Assembly: GCA_964202905.1 (NCBI GenBank)
Contig: CAXNJO010000001.1
Location: 160,001-224,000 of the forward strand
Length of the DNA: 64,000 nucleotides
Origin: Polyangiales bacterium
Lineage (GTDB): Bacteria; Myxococcota_A; Polyangia; Polyangiales; JADJQN01
Direction: 5' to 3'
The notes below the pieces were generated by a model that was given only the letters and a program-made list of their open reading frames with translations, was not told the DNA's origin and ran no database searches. The position numbers and the translations under genes were made by a program. Every line of letters starts with the position of its first letter. Position 1 is the stretch's first letter. Below are positions 31,847 through 43,626 of the stretch, piece by piece.

Positions 31847-34800
31847 CCCGCCGGATCCCGTTCGCCGCCACGTTCGCGCTCCTCGCGCTGCTCCTCGTCG
31901 CGCCGCGCGCGTCCGCGCAGACCGCCGCCCACCGCGCGGTCGGTGCGGGGGAGGTGCGCGGGCTCGAGCTCGGCCTCGAGGGCGCGCTGCACGCGACGCG
32001 CGGCGAGCCGCTGCGCTGGCTGCTCGCCGTGCACGAAGTGGTCGGCCTCTCCGACCTCCGGCCCGCGGCGGGCGCGCGCGTGCGGGCCGTCACGTCGTTC
32101 GCCCCCGCCGAAGCCACCGAGCGCACGGCCGACGCCTTCGGCCGCGTGACGCTCGAGGTCCCCGTCCCGCCGGATGCCCCGGAGCGCTTCGGCGTCGTGC
32201 TCGAGGTCTTCGCCGCGGCGAGCCGCGTGCAGCGGCGCTTCGAGCTGTCGGTCACCACCGTCGATCCGCGCGTGCTCTCGCTGCGCATCGCGCGCACCTT
32301 CGTCGAGGCGTCGGGCCGCACCGCCGCCGGCGCACCCGAGGCGGGGGACGCATCACGCGGGGCGATCCGCGCGCTCGTGCGTCTCGCGCACCGCACCACG
32401 CTGCGCCCCCTCGCCGGCGTGCCCGTGCTGCTCGCCCTGCGCGACGACGCGGGCCGCCCGCAGGGGGCACCCGCGCGCGTCGTCACCGACCCGGCCGGCC
32501 TCGCGACGCACACCTTCCGCGCCCCGCGCGACGCGCGCGGCACGCTGCACGTCGATGCGCGCTTGGACGAACGCATCGCCGACGCGCCCGCCCGCGGCCG
32601 CTCCGCCCCGCCGAGCGCGCAGGCGAGCGTCCGCGTCGAGGCGCCCGTTTCGCAGACGCTGCTCGTCGCCGTCGCGCCCGAGCGCGTCCTCACCGCCCCC
32701 GGCGCGCCCATCGACGTGGACGTGGTCGTGCGCACCGCGGACGGTCGCCCCGTCGCCGGCGCGACGCTCGAGGTCGACGGCGTCTCGCGGCGGCGCGGCG
32801 AGGCCCGACCGACGACCGACGCGCGCGGCCGCGCCGGGTCCGCTGGCCCGCGCAGGTCGCGGTGCCCGGGGTCCCGGCGGGCGCGCGGCGCGCCGACGGC
32901 GTCGCTGCCACGTTCGTGGACGTCACGGTGACGGTCTCGGCCTCGCGCGAGGGGTTCGGACGCGGCACCGGGAGCGCGACGGTGCGCCTCACCGACGCGG
33001 TGTGGGCGGGCGCGGTCGCGGCCGAGGGCGGCGCGATCACCGACCCGATCGGCGGGCCGCGTCGCCCGAGCCGCGCCGGCGACGGGCGCGCGGCGCCGGC
33101 GGGCGTCCCGGTCGTGCTGCGCGGCCCGCGCCTCGGCCCCGACGCGGCCCGCGGCGCGCTCGCCCGCGACACCGACGCCGACGGCGTCGCGCGCTTCGAC
33201 CTGCCCCCGCTCGCGGCCCCCGCGGGCGAAGGCGGCGACCCATGCGGCGGCGAGACGGCGACCTCACTCACCGCGCGTATCGGCGATGATTCCACGCCGA
33301 CCGCGGTCGCCGCCTGCATCCCGCTCGATCCCGACGCGGCCGCCCGCGTCCGCGTCTCGCCGCAGACGGCCCCGGCCGGTGCGCACATCCGCGTCGATCT
33401 CGTCCGCGCCCCCGCAGCCGCGGGGCTACCGGTGCTTGTATCACTTCTGGTACGTGAGGAGGGCGGTCCCGACGCGGGGCTCCGCGCGCTGGCCTCGCAC
33501 GTGGTCCCCGCGGGCGCCGACACGACGGAGCTCGCGCTGCCCGCCGACGCGGTCGGCGTCGTCCTGGTGCGCGCGCGTCCGCTGGTCGGCCCCGAGCGGC
33601 TCGAGGTGCGCGGCGGGAGCACGGCGCTCTGGATCACGCCGGGCGAGCGCGCGGGCACCGCGCTCACGCTCGACGGCAGCGGCCGTCGCGCGACGCTGGC
33701 CTTCCGCGGCGCGCAGGGCGACCGCTCGGCCGTCGTCTACGCGCTCCCCGTCGACGAGGCGCGCGCCCTCGCGCTGGCGCTCTCGAACGAGCTCGCCGGG
33801 CCGCTCGGCGACCTGCGGCGACCGGAGACCGACGCCGGCGAATCGCTGCTCGGCGCGGCCCTCGCCCTCGCGACGCCGCCCGATCTCGGGGCGCCCGCCG
33901 TGCTCCGGGGCCGCGAGCGCGTGGCCGTCCCCGCGCCGGACGCACCGGAGCGCCTCGGGCTGCTGCGCGACCCGTGGCGCGCGCGGGCCCGCTTCGTCGG
34001 GGGACGGCTCGCCCTGCTCTTCCGCGCGCTCGAGCAGGCGGTCGTCGGCGCGGTGCCGGGGCGGCTCGCGGACGTCGCGGTGCGCACGCCGCGCGGCTGG
34101 GACTTCAACGAGCTCGTCCTCGAGTCCGTCCGCGGCGAAGCGCTCGGCGACGCGGGCGCGACCGGGCTCGGCGGCGAACCGCTGACGATCGACGCGCTGC
34201 GCCGGCTCGACCCGGCCTTCACCTACGACCACGTCGCGCAGCGCATCACGCGCCAGCGCCTCTGGACGATGCTGCTCGCGCTGCGCCAGCTGGTGCAGCA
34301 GTCGTCGCTCGACCTGCGCTGGACCGTGCGCGGCGACCCCGCGGAGTGGCTGACGCAGGCCTCGCAGCTCTACTTCGCGGGCGGGGGCCCGACGGGGCCG
34401 AAGAGGCTCGTCGATGCCTGGGGCACGCCGCTCGCGCTGCGCCCCGCGTCGGGAGGCCGCGCGCGCTTCTCGCAGGTCGAGCCGGTGGTCGGCTACGAGC
34501 TCGTCTCGGCGGGCCCGGACACGCGCTTCGGCACGGGTGACGATCTCTGGGATCCGACCGCGGCCGTGCTCCCGCCCGGCAGTCTCTATGCAGAAGCGGT
34601 GGGCGAGGCGGCGCTCGTCGCGCGGCTGCGGGGCGTCGAGCTCGGCCGCGCGACGGTCGAGCTGCTCACGGGCGCCATCGGGGTCGGCGTCGGCTGGGTG
34701 CCCGCGCAGGCGGCCGCCGCTCCCGTCTCGCTGCTCGGCGACGCCTGGCAGCAGCTGCCCACGCTCCGCGTGCCGGACCCGCTCGCGCTCGCGCTGCGTC

Positions 34801-36780
34801 GCCCGGCGCTCCCGGGAGACGGAGCCGGCGGCGCCCTCGGGACGCTGCCCAGCACGGGCGGACCCGTCGCGCTCGACCTCGACGCGGAGCCACGCACCTG
34901 GGGCGCGGTCGCACTCACCCTCACACAGGATGGCGTGGCATCGGTCGCGCTCGGCGAGTCGCCGGGCGGCGCGCCTGCGCTCGTGGCCGGCGCGCTGCCC
35001 GAGCGCATCCGGATCGGCGAGCGCATCGCCGCGACGCTCACCCTCACCGACGCCCGCCCGCCGAGCGCGGGCGGCGGCGACGTGCGGTACGCAGTGCAGG
35101 TGACCGCGCCGGAGGGTGTCGAGATCGATACCCTCCGCGAACTGGTCGTCCCGGCGGAGCAGTCGGCGACGCTGCCGGTGGCGCTGACGGCCGGGCGCGC
35201 GGCGCGGGGCACCGTGCGGCTGGTCCTCACGGTGGCGGGGAGCGAGGTGCCGGCGCGCACGCTGACGTTGCCGCTCGTCGCGGACGGCGGCCTGCACCCG
35301 CTCCGCGCGCGGGCGACCGGGCTCGCGCGGGCGGGCGCGCCGTTCGAGACCGCGCTGACGCTGCCGGCAGGGGTGGCGCGGGGTCCGCGCGCGTCGTGCT
35401 GCTCGCCCCGGGCGCGCTCGCGGAGGACCCGGACCTCGACGAGGCGCGGCGCACGACCCCGCGCTCGTCGCGTGGACGCGCGCGCTCGCGGGGCGCCCGA
35501 TCGACGCGGCGCTCCGCGCGCGGCTCCTCGCCGCGCAGCAGCCGGACGGGAGCGTCGCGGGGGACGCGTCGGCGCTCTCGACGGCGGCGGCGGCGCTCGC
35601 GCTCGCGGCGCTCGGCGCGGACGACGCGGAGGCCGAGGTCGCGCGGAGGCGCGCGGTCGGCGCGCTCGGCGGCGGTGCCGGCTTCGACGACGCCGATGGG
35701 CGCGGCGCGGCGGTGCGCACGGGCGCGGCGGTCGTCGCGGCCCTCGCGACCGGCGGCGCGGTCGATCCGCTCAACGAGCGCACCGCCTCACTCGATCCGG
35801 TCTCGGCGCACCTCTCGGAGCTCCGCGTCGAGCTGCGGAGCGCGCTCCGCACGATGCGCGGCGAGCCGACGCTCCTCGCGCGGGCGGCCGCCGCGCTCCT
35901 CGTCGCCGAGCCGGGTGACGGTCACGGCCGCGCGATGCTGGCGCAGGCCGCGGCGGCCCTCGAGCCCGCACCGGGCGGGATGCGTGTGCGGCCGAGCGCG
36001 GCGCGGACGGACGCGGTCGCGGAGTCGCTCTCGGCGACGCTCGCCCTCGGCCTCGCCGCCCACCAGACGGGCGACGACGCCCTCGCGCGGCGCCTGATCG
36101 GGGCCGCGACGCGCGAGGCCGCGCTCGCGACGCGGCTCGGCGGCGAGCCGCTCTTCTGGCTGCTGGCCTGCGGCGCCTACGGCGCGCTCGGCACCGGCGA
36201 GGTCGCGCGCGCGACGGTGACGGTCGATGGGCGCCCGACGCCGGCCACCTTCGAGGGCGGGCGCGCGGTCGTCACGCTGCCCGGGCTCGGGGACGGGACG
36301 CACGCGGTGCGCGTCGAGGTCGTGGGCGCGGCGCCGGTGCTCGCGCGCGTCGAGGCGGCCTACGGCGCCCCCTTCGCCACACGGCAGGGCACGGGCGTCG
36401 CGCTCTCGATCGCGGGCGATGTCGGCGAGGCCGGCGGCGTCGCGGCGCTCGAGCTGACCGTCGAGGCACGACGGCCGCTCCGTGGCGCGGTCATCGAGCT
36501 GCAGCTGCCCGCGGGCGTCCGCGCCGACGACGCGCTGCTCGCCGTGCTCCGCGGCGCGCCGCACGTGCTGCGCGCCGAGCCCCGCGCGCCGGGCTTCGTG
36601 CGTATCACCCTCGGTACACTCTCGGCCTCGGAGCGCGCCGTGCTCCCGCTGCCGCTGCGCTTCACCGGTGCCGGCCGGCTGCGCGGCCTCGCGGTCGTCG
36701 GTGCGCCGCTCGGAGCGCCCTCCGACATGACCATCCTCGCGCCGCGCGTGCTCTCGGTGCCGGCTGCAGCGGCCGAGTAG
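31843..36780 (+). CDS. Alpha-2-macroglobulin-like protein 2 (divergent paralogue); frameshifts near 32835, 35385 and 35460
   Basis: ATGA overlap with protein 1; same order of motifs (LRDP, FTYDHVAQRITRQRL, DAWG, SAGPD..FGT.DD, IELQLPAG, LPLRF..AG.LRGL) pieced together from four reading segments. Confidence 0.7.
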
Positions 36781-36862
36781 GCGCGCACGGCGCCGTCACG
36801 GCGGCGTTCACGGGTGCGCGTTCGGCGTCGAGCGCCGGGGCTGGCCTCGGTGATCGACGCCG

Positions 36863-38584
36863 TCAGAACGGGATCGACGTGCCGTCGCGGGACGGCACGA
36901 GGAAGTACACGTCCCGCGTGTCGAGCACGGTCACGCCGTCGCCGACCACGTCGATCTGCGCGCGGAAGACCTGCGGCCGATCCGTCGGGGCGACGGTGTC
37001 GTTTCGGCGCGCCACGATGTCGAAGCACACGGGAACCCCGGGCGTGACGTCGGAGAACGTCTCGGCGAGGCCGTCGCCATCGGTGTCGACCGTCGGCAGG
37101 CCGCCGACGCACACCACGCCCGCGTCCATCGGGTCCGCCACGCCGCCCGCGGTGTTCGGCTCGGTGCGCTCGATGAAGACCGTCGCATCGACGCCGTCGC
37201 CCAGCGCCGTCGTCCACGTCACGCGCCCGCGCGGTGATGTCGAGCGGCGTGTTCCGCGCGAGCGTGCGGATCGCGTCCACGATCTGCGCGTCCACCGTCG
37301 CCGCCGCCCGCATCCCGGAAGATGAGCGGCGCGCCATCCGTGCCGACGGCGCCCGTCCCGCTCACGATCGGGGCCCACTCCGCCGATCGCCCCGTCGGGC
37401 CGAGCACGACGACGCGGCCGCGGATCGCCGCGAAGGCCGCGAGCACGTCCGCTTCGACGTCGGGAAGGCGGCGCAGGTCGTGCACGCGCTGCTCGCGCAC
37501 GAGGTGCCGCCCGTGTCGAAACTCTCGCTCGAAGGGCTCGTCGCCGATCATCACGAGGATCGGCAGCGCCCCGGTTCGCACGCAGCCGAGGCCCGACCTC
37601 GCCGGGCGCGCACGTCGGGCGCGTCATCCGCGGCCAGCGCGTGGTGTCGCCCGTGGCCCAGACCCACATCGACTGCGCGTACGGCTCGTGCACGCCGCGG
37701 CAGTCCGCGGTGAGCCCGGCGAGCGCGGTGCCGACCGCCGCCGCATCCGGCGTGCTCGTGAGGTTCTGCTCGATGCCGCGGCAGACACCGGGCATGTAGG
37801 CAGACTGCGGGCACACGTCGAATTGGCCGACGCCGAAGGCGACGTCCGGGATCGCCGCGCTCACGCCGGGGACGACGACGGTGTTCAGCGAGGCGCGGAC
37901 CGTGTCGATGTACACCTGCATCGAGATGCTCGTGTCGATCATGAAGTGCACGTCGGCGCGGCGGATGTCGGTGCCGAAGACGAGCGTGTCGCGCGCCGGA
38001 TCCGGCGGATTCCCATAGGGCACGACGAAGAAGAAGTCGCCGCGCGTGCGGGGGCTGTCGCCGGGGGCGAGCGGATCGGTGCCCGCGGCGACCTCGACGA
38101 GATCGCTGACGCCGTCGTCGTCGCTGTCCGCATCGCGCGGGTCGGTGCCGGCACCGGGCTCGTCCGCATCGGGGAGTCCGTCCCCATCGCTGTCGAGGTC
38201 GCGGAAGTCGGGCACACCGTCGGCGTCCGTGTCGCGCGGGGGCGTCGAGGTATCGGCGTCGCCCGCTTCGTCGGCATCGGAGAGGCCATCGCCGTCGCTG
38301 TCCGCGTCCGCCGCGTCGGGGATGCCGTCCGCGTCCGTATCGACGACGCCGCCGCCCTCCTGCGCGTCGGTGAGCGTGTCGCCGTCACCGTCCGTACCCG
38401 GATCGACGAAGGCATCCACGCCCGCGCCCCCATCACCGCCCCGCCCCGCATCGGGCCGCGAGAGCCCTCCCGCCTCGCCGCCACAGCCACACGCGAGCGA
38501 AGCGGCGACGGCGCACGCGCCCGTCCACCGCACGAGCGACGCCGGGAACGAAGACGACGGCGAGGAGCGAAGCGTCGGGTTCAT
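36863..38584 (-). CDS. Lipoprotein with TSP3-like DxDxDG repeats and VWA domain; internal frameshifts ~37230-37600
   Basis: Lipobox-like LACGC, DSDGDG repeats, [12 protein letters not shown] (MIDAS DxSxS). Confidence 0.75.
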   Translation of the reverse strand: MNPTLRSSPSSSFPASLVRWTGACAVAASLACGCGGEAGGLSRPDAGRGGDGGAGVDAFVDPGTDGDGDTLTDAQEGGGVVDTDADGIPDAADADSDGDGLSDADEAGDADTSTPPRDTDADGVPDFRDLDSDGDGLPDADEPGAGTDPRDADSDDDGVSDLVEVAAGTDPLAPGDSPRTRGDFFFVVPYGNPPDPARDTLVFGTDIRRADVHFMIDTSISMQVYIDTVRASLNTVVVPGVSAAIPDVAFGVGQFDVCPQSAYMPGVCRGIEQNLTSTPDAAAVGTALAGLTADCRGVHEPYAQSMWVWATGDTTRWPRMTRPTCAPGEVGPRLRANRGAADPRDDRRRALRARVSTRAAPRARAARARPAPPSRRRSGRARGLRGDPRPRRRARPDGAIGGVGPDRERDGRRRHGWRAAHLPGCGRRRRWTRRSWTRSARSRGTRRSTSPRGRVTWTTALGDGVDATVFIERTEPNTAGGVADPMDAGVVCVGGLPTVDTDGDGLAETFSDVTPGVPVCFDIVARRNDTVAPTDRPQVFRAQIDVVGDGVTVLDTRDVYFLVPSRDGTSIPF

Positions 38585-38637
38585 CCGGCAGACGCTACCC
38601 GAGAAATCCCGCGTTGAGCAGCCCGCGACCGAACCGC

Positions 38638-39909
38638 TCAGCCGAAGATGCTCTCGCAGCCGAATTGCACCTGCACACTGGTGTCACCTGCACTCGACGC
38701 ATCCTGCGCGAGGTCGCACGCGGCCGGGCAGAGGATCACGCGCGTGGGCGTGGTGTCGTCGTCGTAGTACCAGCCGTTCGGCGTGCTCGCGCAGCCGGCG
38801 AGCCCGCCCACGGTGCGGCGCAGCAGCGTCGCCCCGCCGCCGCTCCGCACCTCGACGTTGACGCGCGAGGGCGAGAACATCAGACCCGCGGGCGTCTCGG
38901 GGATCGCGAGGTCGCAGGAGACGCGCGTCGCGCGCACGACCTCGGTCGCGATCGACTCGAAGAACGTGCCCCACGTGCTCGGCGGCGCGCAGATGTCGGC
39001 GCGAACGCCGCCGGTGGACGTGACGAGCTCGGTGTAGGTCGCGCCGGGGTCCGCCGCCGCGCCGCAGTTCCAGCCGTAGATGCCGCTGAACTTGTAGCCA
39101 TCGAAGAGGCCGCCCCACTCGGGCTCGAGGATGCCCGGCGGCAGGAAGAGCGATGTGCTCGTCGTCGCGGGGTTGCGCCACTCGGTCGCCGGCGCCGGGC
39201 CGCGGAACTGCTCGAAATTGAAGGCGGAGAGGCGCGCGTTGTCGTCGGTGACGACGACGAAGGTCTTGCTCGCGTCCGCGCGCAGCCAGTCGCGCCAGGG
39301 CTCGCCGCCGCGCGAGTCGGCCGCGGTGTACCCGGTCGTCTGACCGAGCGTGCCGAGGATCTGCTCAAGGGGCTGCGTACTGAGGATGTCGATGCTCGAG
39401 TGGAAGAAGCGGGGCCCGTTGCCGCACGCGTCGTCGCCCGCGAGCGGGGGCGGCACGCAGATCGCATAACGCCCGCCCGACGCACCCGTCCCGCGCTTCG
39501 AGAGCATGATCACGCGGTAGTCGACGCCCGTGGCCGCGATGAAGGCCGCGAAGGCGTTGATGCCCGCCTTCACGTTCTCGATCTCCGCGTCCATGCTGCC
39601 GGAGTTGTCGACGACCCAGATGATGTCGGCGGGGAGGCGCTCGAGCACCGCCTCGGCCGCCGTCGAGGAGCACGCCATGTCGGGGTCGAACGGCATGTCC
39701 GGCGGCGGCACGAACGCGTCGGCGGGGCCGAGGTCCGGCTCGACGGCGAGATCGGGCCGGGGACCGAGGTCGGGCAGCGAGAGGTCCGGCGGCGGCACGA
39801 CCCGCCCGGCCGTGCGGCGGGTACACGCCGCGGTGGACAGCAGCCCGCACGCGAGGGCACCGAGCACGAGGAGGGAAGACCGTCGGGAAGCGAGCGCAAG
39901 CGACGACAT
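38638..39909 (-). CDS. VWA-domain lipoprotein with Cys-containing C-terminal module
   Basis: Lipobox TAAC, Pro/Asp linker, [30 protein letters not shown]...CPAAC...VQFGC. Confidence 0.85.
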   Translation of the reverse strand: MSSLALASRRSSLLVLGALACGLLSTAACTRRTAGRVVPPPDLSLPDLGPRPDLAVEPDLGPADAFVPPPDMPFDPDMACSSTAAEAVLERLPADIIWVVDNSGSMDAEIENVKAGINAFAAFIAATGVDYRVIMLSKRGTGASGGRYAICVPPPLAGDDACGNGPRFFHSSIDILSTQPLEQILGTLGQTTGYTAADSRGGEPWRDWLRADASKTFVVVTDDNARLSAFNFEQFRGPAPATEWRNPATTSTSLFLPPGILEPEWGGLFDGYKFSGIYGWNCGAAADPGATYTELVTSTGGVRADICAPPSTWGTFFESIATEVVRATRVSCDLAIPETPAGLMFSPSRVNVEVRSGGGATLLRRTVGGLAGCASTPNGWYYDDDTTPTRVILCPAACDLAQDASSAGDTSVQVQFGCESIFG

Positions 39910-40026
39910 CGTGGGTGCGGTTCTATCACCTCGACGCGCGGGCGTCCGTAGCCATCCCGCGACGGACGCGTCACCGTTCAGGCCCCTTGTGACGCGCGCG
40001 CGCCGCTGACATCCTGCTGGGTACCG

Positions 40027-40410
40027 ATGCGTCGCTCCCCGGCCGCGCTGTTTGCCTCGCTGTCGCTGCTCGCCGCCTGCGCGGGCTGCGTGGGGGGCGC
40101 GACGCCCTACCCGCCCTCGGCCACCGACCGGCTCGACGGCGGCGTGGGCGAGGCGGCCGCCGACGCAGGCGCAGCCTCCTTCGACGCCGCAGCGCCACCG
40201 CCTGGCACCGACGGCGGCGGGGATCTCGCCGCCGATGCGGACGCCGCCGACGCAGACGTCACGGACGCAGACACCGCCGACGCAGACGTCACGGACGCAG
40301 ACACCGCCGACGCAGACACCGCCGACGCAGATACCGCCGACGCAGACGCCGCCGATGCGTTCCGACCCGACCCGGACGGCGGGCCCGAGCGCCTCCCGCG
40401 GGAGCCCTGA
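40027..40410 (+). CDS. Small lipoprotein with low-complexity (DADTA/DADVT) repeats
   Basis: LAAC/AGC lipobox; 15/30-bp tandem repeats at ~40245-40355. Confidence 0.6.
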   Translation: MRRSPAALFASLSLLAACAGCVGGATPYPPSATDRLDGGVGEAAADAGAASFDAAAPPPGTDGGGDLAADADAADADVTDADTADADVTDADTADADTADADTADADAADAFRPDPDGGPERLPREP

Positions 40411-40502
40411 ACGGCGCCTCTCGCGCGCTCACCTCCGACCTCGTGAATCGCAGCGCGCCCCCGCGCGTCTCCCGGAGCCGAACCATGCGCCCATCCCCCC
40501 GA

Positions 40503-41132
40503 ATGAACGCCCCGTCCACGCTCGCGACCCTCCTCCTCGCAGCCCTGCTCGGCGTGGCCTCCGCCGTCGTCGCTCAGGACACCGAGGAAGATCCGCCCGC
40601 CGCGGCCCCCGCACCGCAGCCGCCCGTCCACCGTGGCCGCGACCGCACCACGGGCCAGGCGAGCCACACGCTCGGCGCGACCTACGAGCTCGCGAACGGC
40701 GCGAAGCTCGTGCTGCCGGCGGGCAACCGCATCAGCACCTCGCAGACCTTCACGTTCAGCGCGAGCCGCGCGCCGCTGCGGCCCACGGAGGTCGCGCCGG
40801 GCTTCGTCCGGCAGGGCCCGGTGCTCGACTTCGACGGCCAGATCGACGCGTCGCGCGCGCCGATCGAGCTCTCGGTGAAGCAGCGCACGCTGCGCCCGCG
40901 CCCCAACACCAAGCTGGTGCTCGCGATGGAGTTCGCCGGCATCTGCGACGCGACGCACACCGCGCGCCTCGGCGGCCCGCTCTGCGCGCACTGGCGGCTC
41001 CTCGACGCGCAATTCGACGCCGCGGGCGGGCGCCTCGTCGCGCTGCTCCCGTCGCCGGGCGGCCACCGTCTCGTGTTCGGCTCCGTCCCCGACGCGCAGC
41101 CCGCGCCCGTCGATCCGGCCGATCTCCCCTGA
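40503..41132 (+). CDS. Hypothetical secreted protein
   Basis: Signal peptide ending VAQ; beta-rich globular region. Confidence 0.7.
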   Translation: MNAPSTLATLLLAALLGVASAVVAQDTEEDPPAAAPAPQPPVHRGRDRTTGQASHTLGATYELANGAKLVLPAGNRISTSQTFTFSASRAPLRPTEVAPGFVRQGPVLDFDGQIDASRAPIELSVKQRTLRPRPNTKLVLAMEFAGICDATHTARLGGPLCAHWRLLDAQFDAAGGRLVALLPSPGGHRLVFGSVPDAQPAPVDPADLP

Positions 41133-41181
41133 GCGGCGCGTGCCGGCGCGCGGGGCCCACACGCCCCGGCGCCAGCGCGGC

Positions 41182-41865
41182 TCAGCCGTTGTTCTTCACG
41201 GGTCGGAACGGCTGCAGGAACGACGCGAGGTTCGCGGGGTTGCGCGTCGAGACCCACACGCGGCCCTGGCCGCGGAACTCGCAGACGAGCCCCTCGCCCG
41301 AGAGGAAGAGCGACTTGAGGCCGCCGACCTTCGTCACGCGGTAGTCGAGGCCGCCCGTCCAGCCGACGATGTGGCTCGTGTCGACGATGTAGCCCGCGGG
41401 CCCGACGTCGACCGGGTGGATGCCGCCGTAGCTCGAGAAGAACAGCGGCCCGGTGCCCATCGCGCGCAGCAGGAAGAGGCCGGCGCCGGAGAAGAACCCC
41501 TTCGCCCCGCCCCACTTCGTGTCGAGCTGCACGCTCGGCGCGCAGGCGAGGAAGGCGCCCGACTGCATGAACACGGGCGTCGTGCCGTCGCAGCGCAGCT
41601 CCTGCACGTCGCCCTCGGGCGCGGGCGCGACCCAGAGCGTCTGCCCCGCCGCGGTCGCGGTGAACGTGTTCTGGAAGATGCTCTCGCCGCCGAGCAGCTT
41701 GCGCTTCGCGGCGCCCAGCACCCCGCCGCTCATCTGCGTCTTCATCTCCACGGCGGTGTCGCGCGCGACCATCGCGCTCGACTCCACGAGGAGCTGCTCC
41801 CCGGGTGCGTCGAACGTCACGCGGACCAGACCAAACTCGGGCTTCTGTCGGACTTCGTAGCGCAT
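41182..41865 (-). CDS. TIGR00266/AIM24 family protein
   Basis: ESSAMV, GGESIFQNTF, VDTSHIVGW, SGEGLVCEFRGQGRVWVSTRN. Confidence 0.92.
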   Translation of the reverse strand: MRYEVRQKPEFGLVRVTFDAPGEQLLVESSAMVARDTAVEMKTQMSGGVLGAAKRKLLGGESIFQNTFTATAAGQTLWVAPAPEGDVQELRCDGTTPVFMQSGAFLACAPSVQLDTKWGGAKGFFSGAGLFLLRAMGTGPLFFSSYGGIHPVDVGPAGYIVDTSHIVGWTGGLDYRVTKVGGLKSLFLSGEGLVCEFRGQGRVWVSTRNPANLASFLQPFRPVKNNG

Positions 41866-41902
41866 CGGCCTCTCCTCGGATCGACTCTTCGCGGGACGCG
41901 GC

Positions 41903-42574
41903 TCAGCCGCGCGGCGGGAGCTGCGAGCCCACGGCCTTGCCGTACTCGACGGGGTTACGGGTCTGCACCCAGATGCGCCCCTGCCCCTGGAAGTGGCAGA
42001 CGAGCCCCTCGCCCGAGAGGAACGAGGCGATCCAGCCCGAGCCGCTCTTGCCCACCTGGTAGGTGAGCGACGCGTCCCACGCGACGAGGTGCCCCGTGTC
42101 GATCACGAGGTTCCCATCGCACACGAGCTCCTGCAGCCCGCCGAAGCCGCCGACGAGCAGCTGTCCGGGCGCCTGCGTCGTCGCCTTCAGGACGAACACG
42201 CCCGCCCCCGAGAAGAAGCCACGGAAGCCGCCGACCTTCGTGTCGAGGTTCACCGTCGGCGAGGACGCGATGAACGCGGAGGACTGCAGGAAATAGCCCT
42301 GCGGCGTCATCTCGAGCACCGCCATGTCGCCCGGCAGCGCGTGCGCGAGCAGCACCTCGCCGTCGCCGCTCTGCGCCGTGAACGTGTTGCGGAAGAAGGA
42401 CTCGCCGCCGAACATCCGCTTGAGGCCGGACATCATGCCGCCCGACTGCGTCTGCATCTGCACGTTCGGTGTCATGCCGACCATCGCGCCGGACTCGGCG
42501 ACGATCGACTCGCTCGGGTGGAGCAAGACCTGCGCGAGCGCCTGCGCGGGACGGTGAAGGACGTTGATCTGCAT
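41903..42574 (-). CDS. TIGR00266/AIM24 family protein
   Basis: AESGAMV, GGESFFRNTF, IDTGHLVAW, SGEGLVCHFQGQGRIWVQTRN; start ATG 42574. Confidence 0.92.
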   Translation of the reverse strand: MQINVLHRPAQALAQVLLHPSESIVAESGAMVGMTPNVQMQTQSGGMMSGLKRMFGGESFFRNTFTAQSGDGEVLLAHALPGDMAVLEMTPQGYFLQSSAFIASSPTVNLDTKVGGFRGFFSGAGVFVLKATTQAPGQLLVGGFGGLQELVCDGNLVIDTGHLVAWDASLTYQVGKSGSGWIASFLSGEGLVCHFQGQGRIWVQTRNPVEYGKAVGSQLPPRG

Positions 42575-42591
42575 CGCGTGCTCCGCTCCCC

Positions 42592-43368
42592 TCAGCCGCC
42601 CACGAGGGGCCTGAGCCACTGCAACAACGAGCCCTGATTGCGCGACTGGATGTAGACGCGCCCCTGCCCCTTGAACTCGCAGACGAGGCCCTCGCCGCTC
42701 GCGAGGAGTCCCATCGCGCCGCCACCCGCGGAGCGGATGTCGAACGTGAGCGCCCCCTCGTATCCGACGAGGTGGCCGTTGTCGACGAGGTACGAGCCCT
42801 GCACGTCGATCGCCTCGATGCCGCCGTAGCTCGTGAACCAGAGATCGCCTTGGCCGCGCGCCTCGAGGAAGAACGCGCCCTCCCGCGCGAAGATCGCGCG
42901 CAGGCCGCCGAACTTCAGCGAGAGGTCGACGTCGCCCGACGAGCAGAGGAACGCGCCCGTCGAGAGCGTGAGCGTCTCGCCCTGCAGGCGGCGGTGAAAG
43001 ACCTGCCCGCTCATCGTCGGCGCGAGCCAGACGCTGCCGCCGCGCGGCGCGGAGAAGTGGTTCACGAAGAAGGTCTCGCCGCCGACGAGCCGCCGGATGA
43101 TCGCGATGACGAACGCCTGCACGAGCCCGAGGAAGCCCGCGCTGCGGCTCGCGTTGAGCTTGACCTCCATGCCGACGCCCTGGTGCCGTGCGACCATCGC
43201 GCCGGCCTCGGCGACGACGACCTGCCCGGGCGGGAGATCCACGCGGAGCATCCCGAACGCGGGGCCATGCGTGATCTCGTGCGGGGTGCCGGCGGCCGCC
43301 GGAGGCCCTGCGAACCCTTGCTGCGGCGCGTGCGCGAGCGCCTGACCGTGCTGCGGCTGAACGTCCAT
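42592..43368 (-). CDS. TIGR00266/AIM24 family protein
   Basis: AEAGAMV, GGETFFVNHF, VDNGHLVGY, SGEGLVCEFKGQGRVYIQSRN; start ATG 43368. Confidence 0.92.
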   Translation of the reverse strand: MDVQPQHGQALAHAPQQGFAGPPAAAGTPHEITHGPAFGMLRVDLPPGQVVVAEAGAMVARHQGVGMEVKLNASRSAGFLGLVQAFVIAIIRRLVGGETFFVNHFSAPRGGSVWLAPTMSGQVFHRRLQGETLTLSTGAFLCSSGDVDLSLKFGGLRAIFAREGAFFLEARGQGDLWFTSYGGIEAIDVQGSYLVDNGHLVGYEGALTFDIRSAGGGAMGLLASGEGLVCEFKGQGRVYIQSRNQGSLLQWLRPLVGG

Positions 43369-43626
43369 GTCTCGCTCCCTGCGCCCGATTCGGCCTGCTC
43401 CGGATCGCCGGCGTCGAGCCGGGAATAGCACGTCGGCGGGCACCGTGGTGGGGACGGATCGGGCGGCGATCTGTCCGACCGCGGGGCTCGCGACGATTTC
43501 GACAGCGCCGGGCAGCGCCGTCACGCCCGCGTCCGGGGACGGCCGGGCAGCGAGAATCGGTCGTGGCTACGCAGGGTTCCGCGCCGAGACGACACGCTCG
43601 CCGCAGGCTGCGGGAGCACGGTCGAT

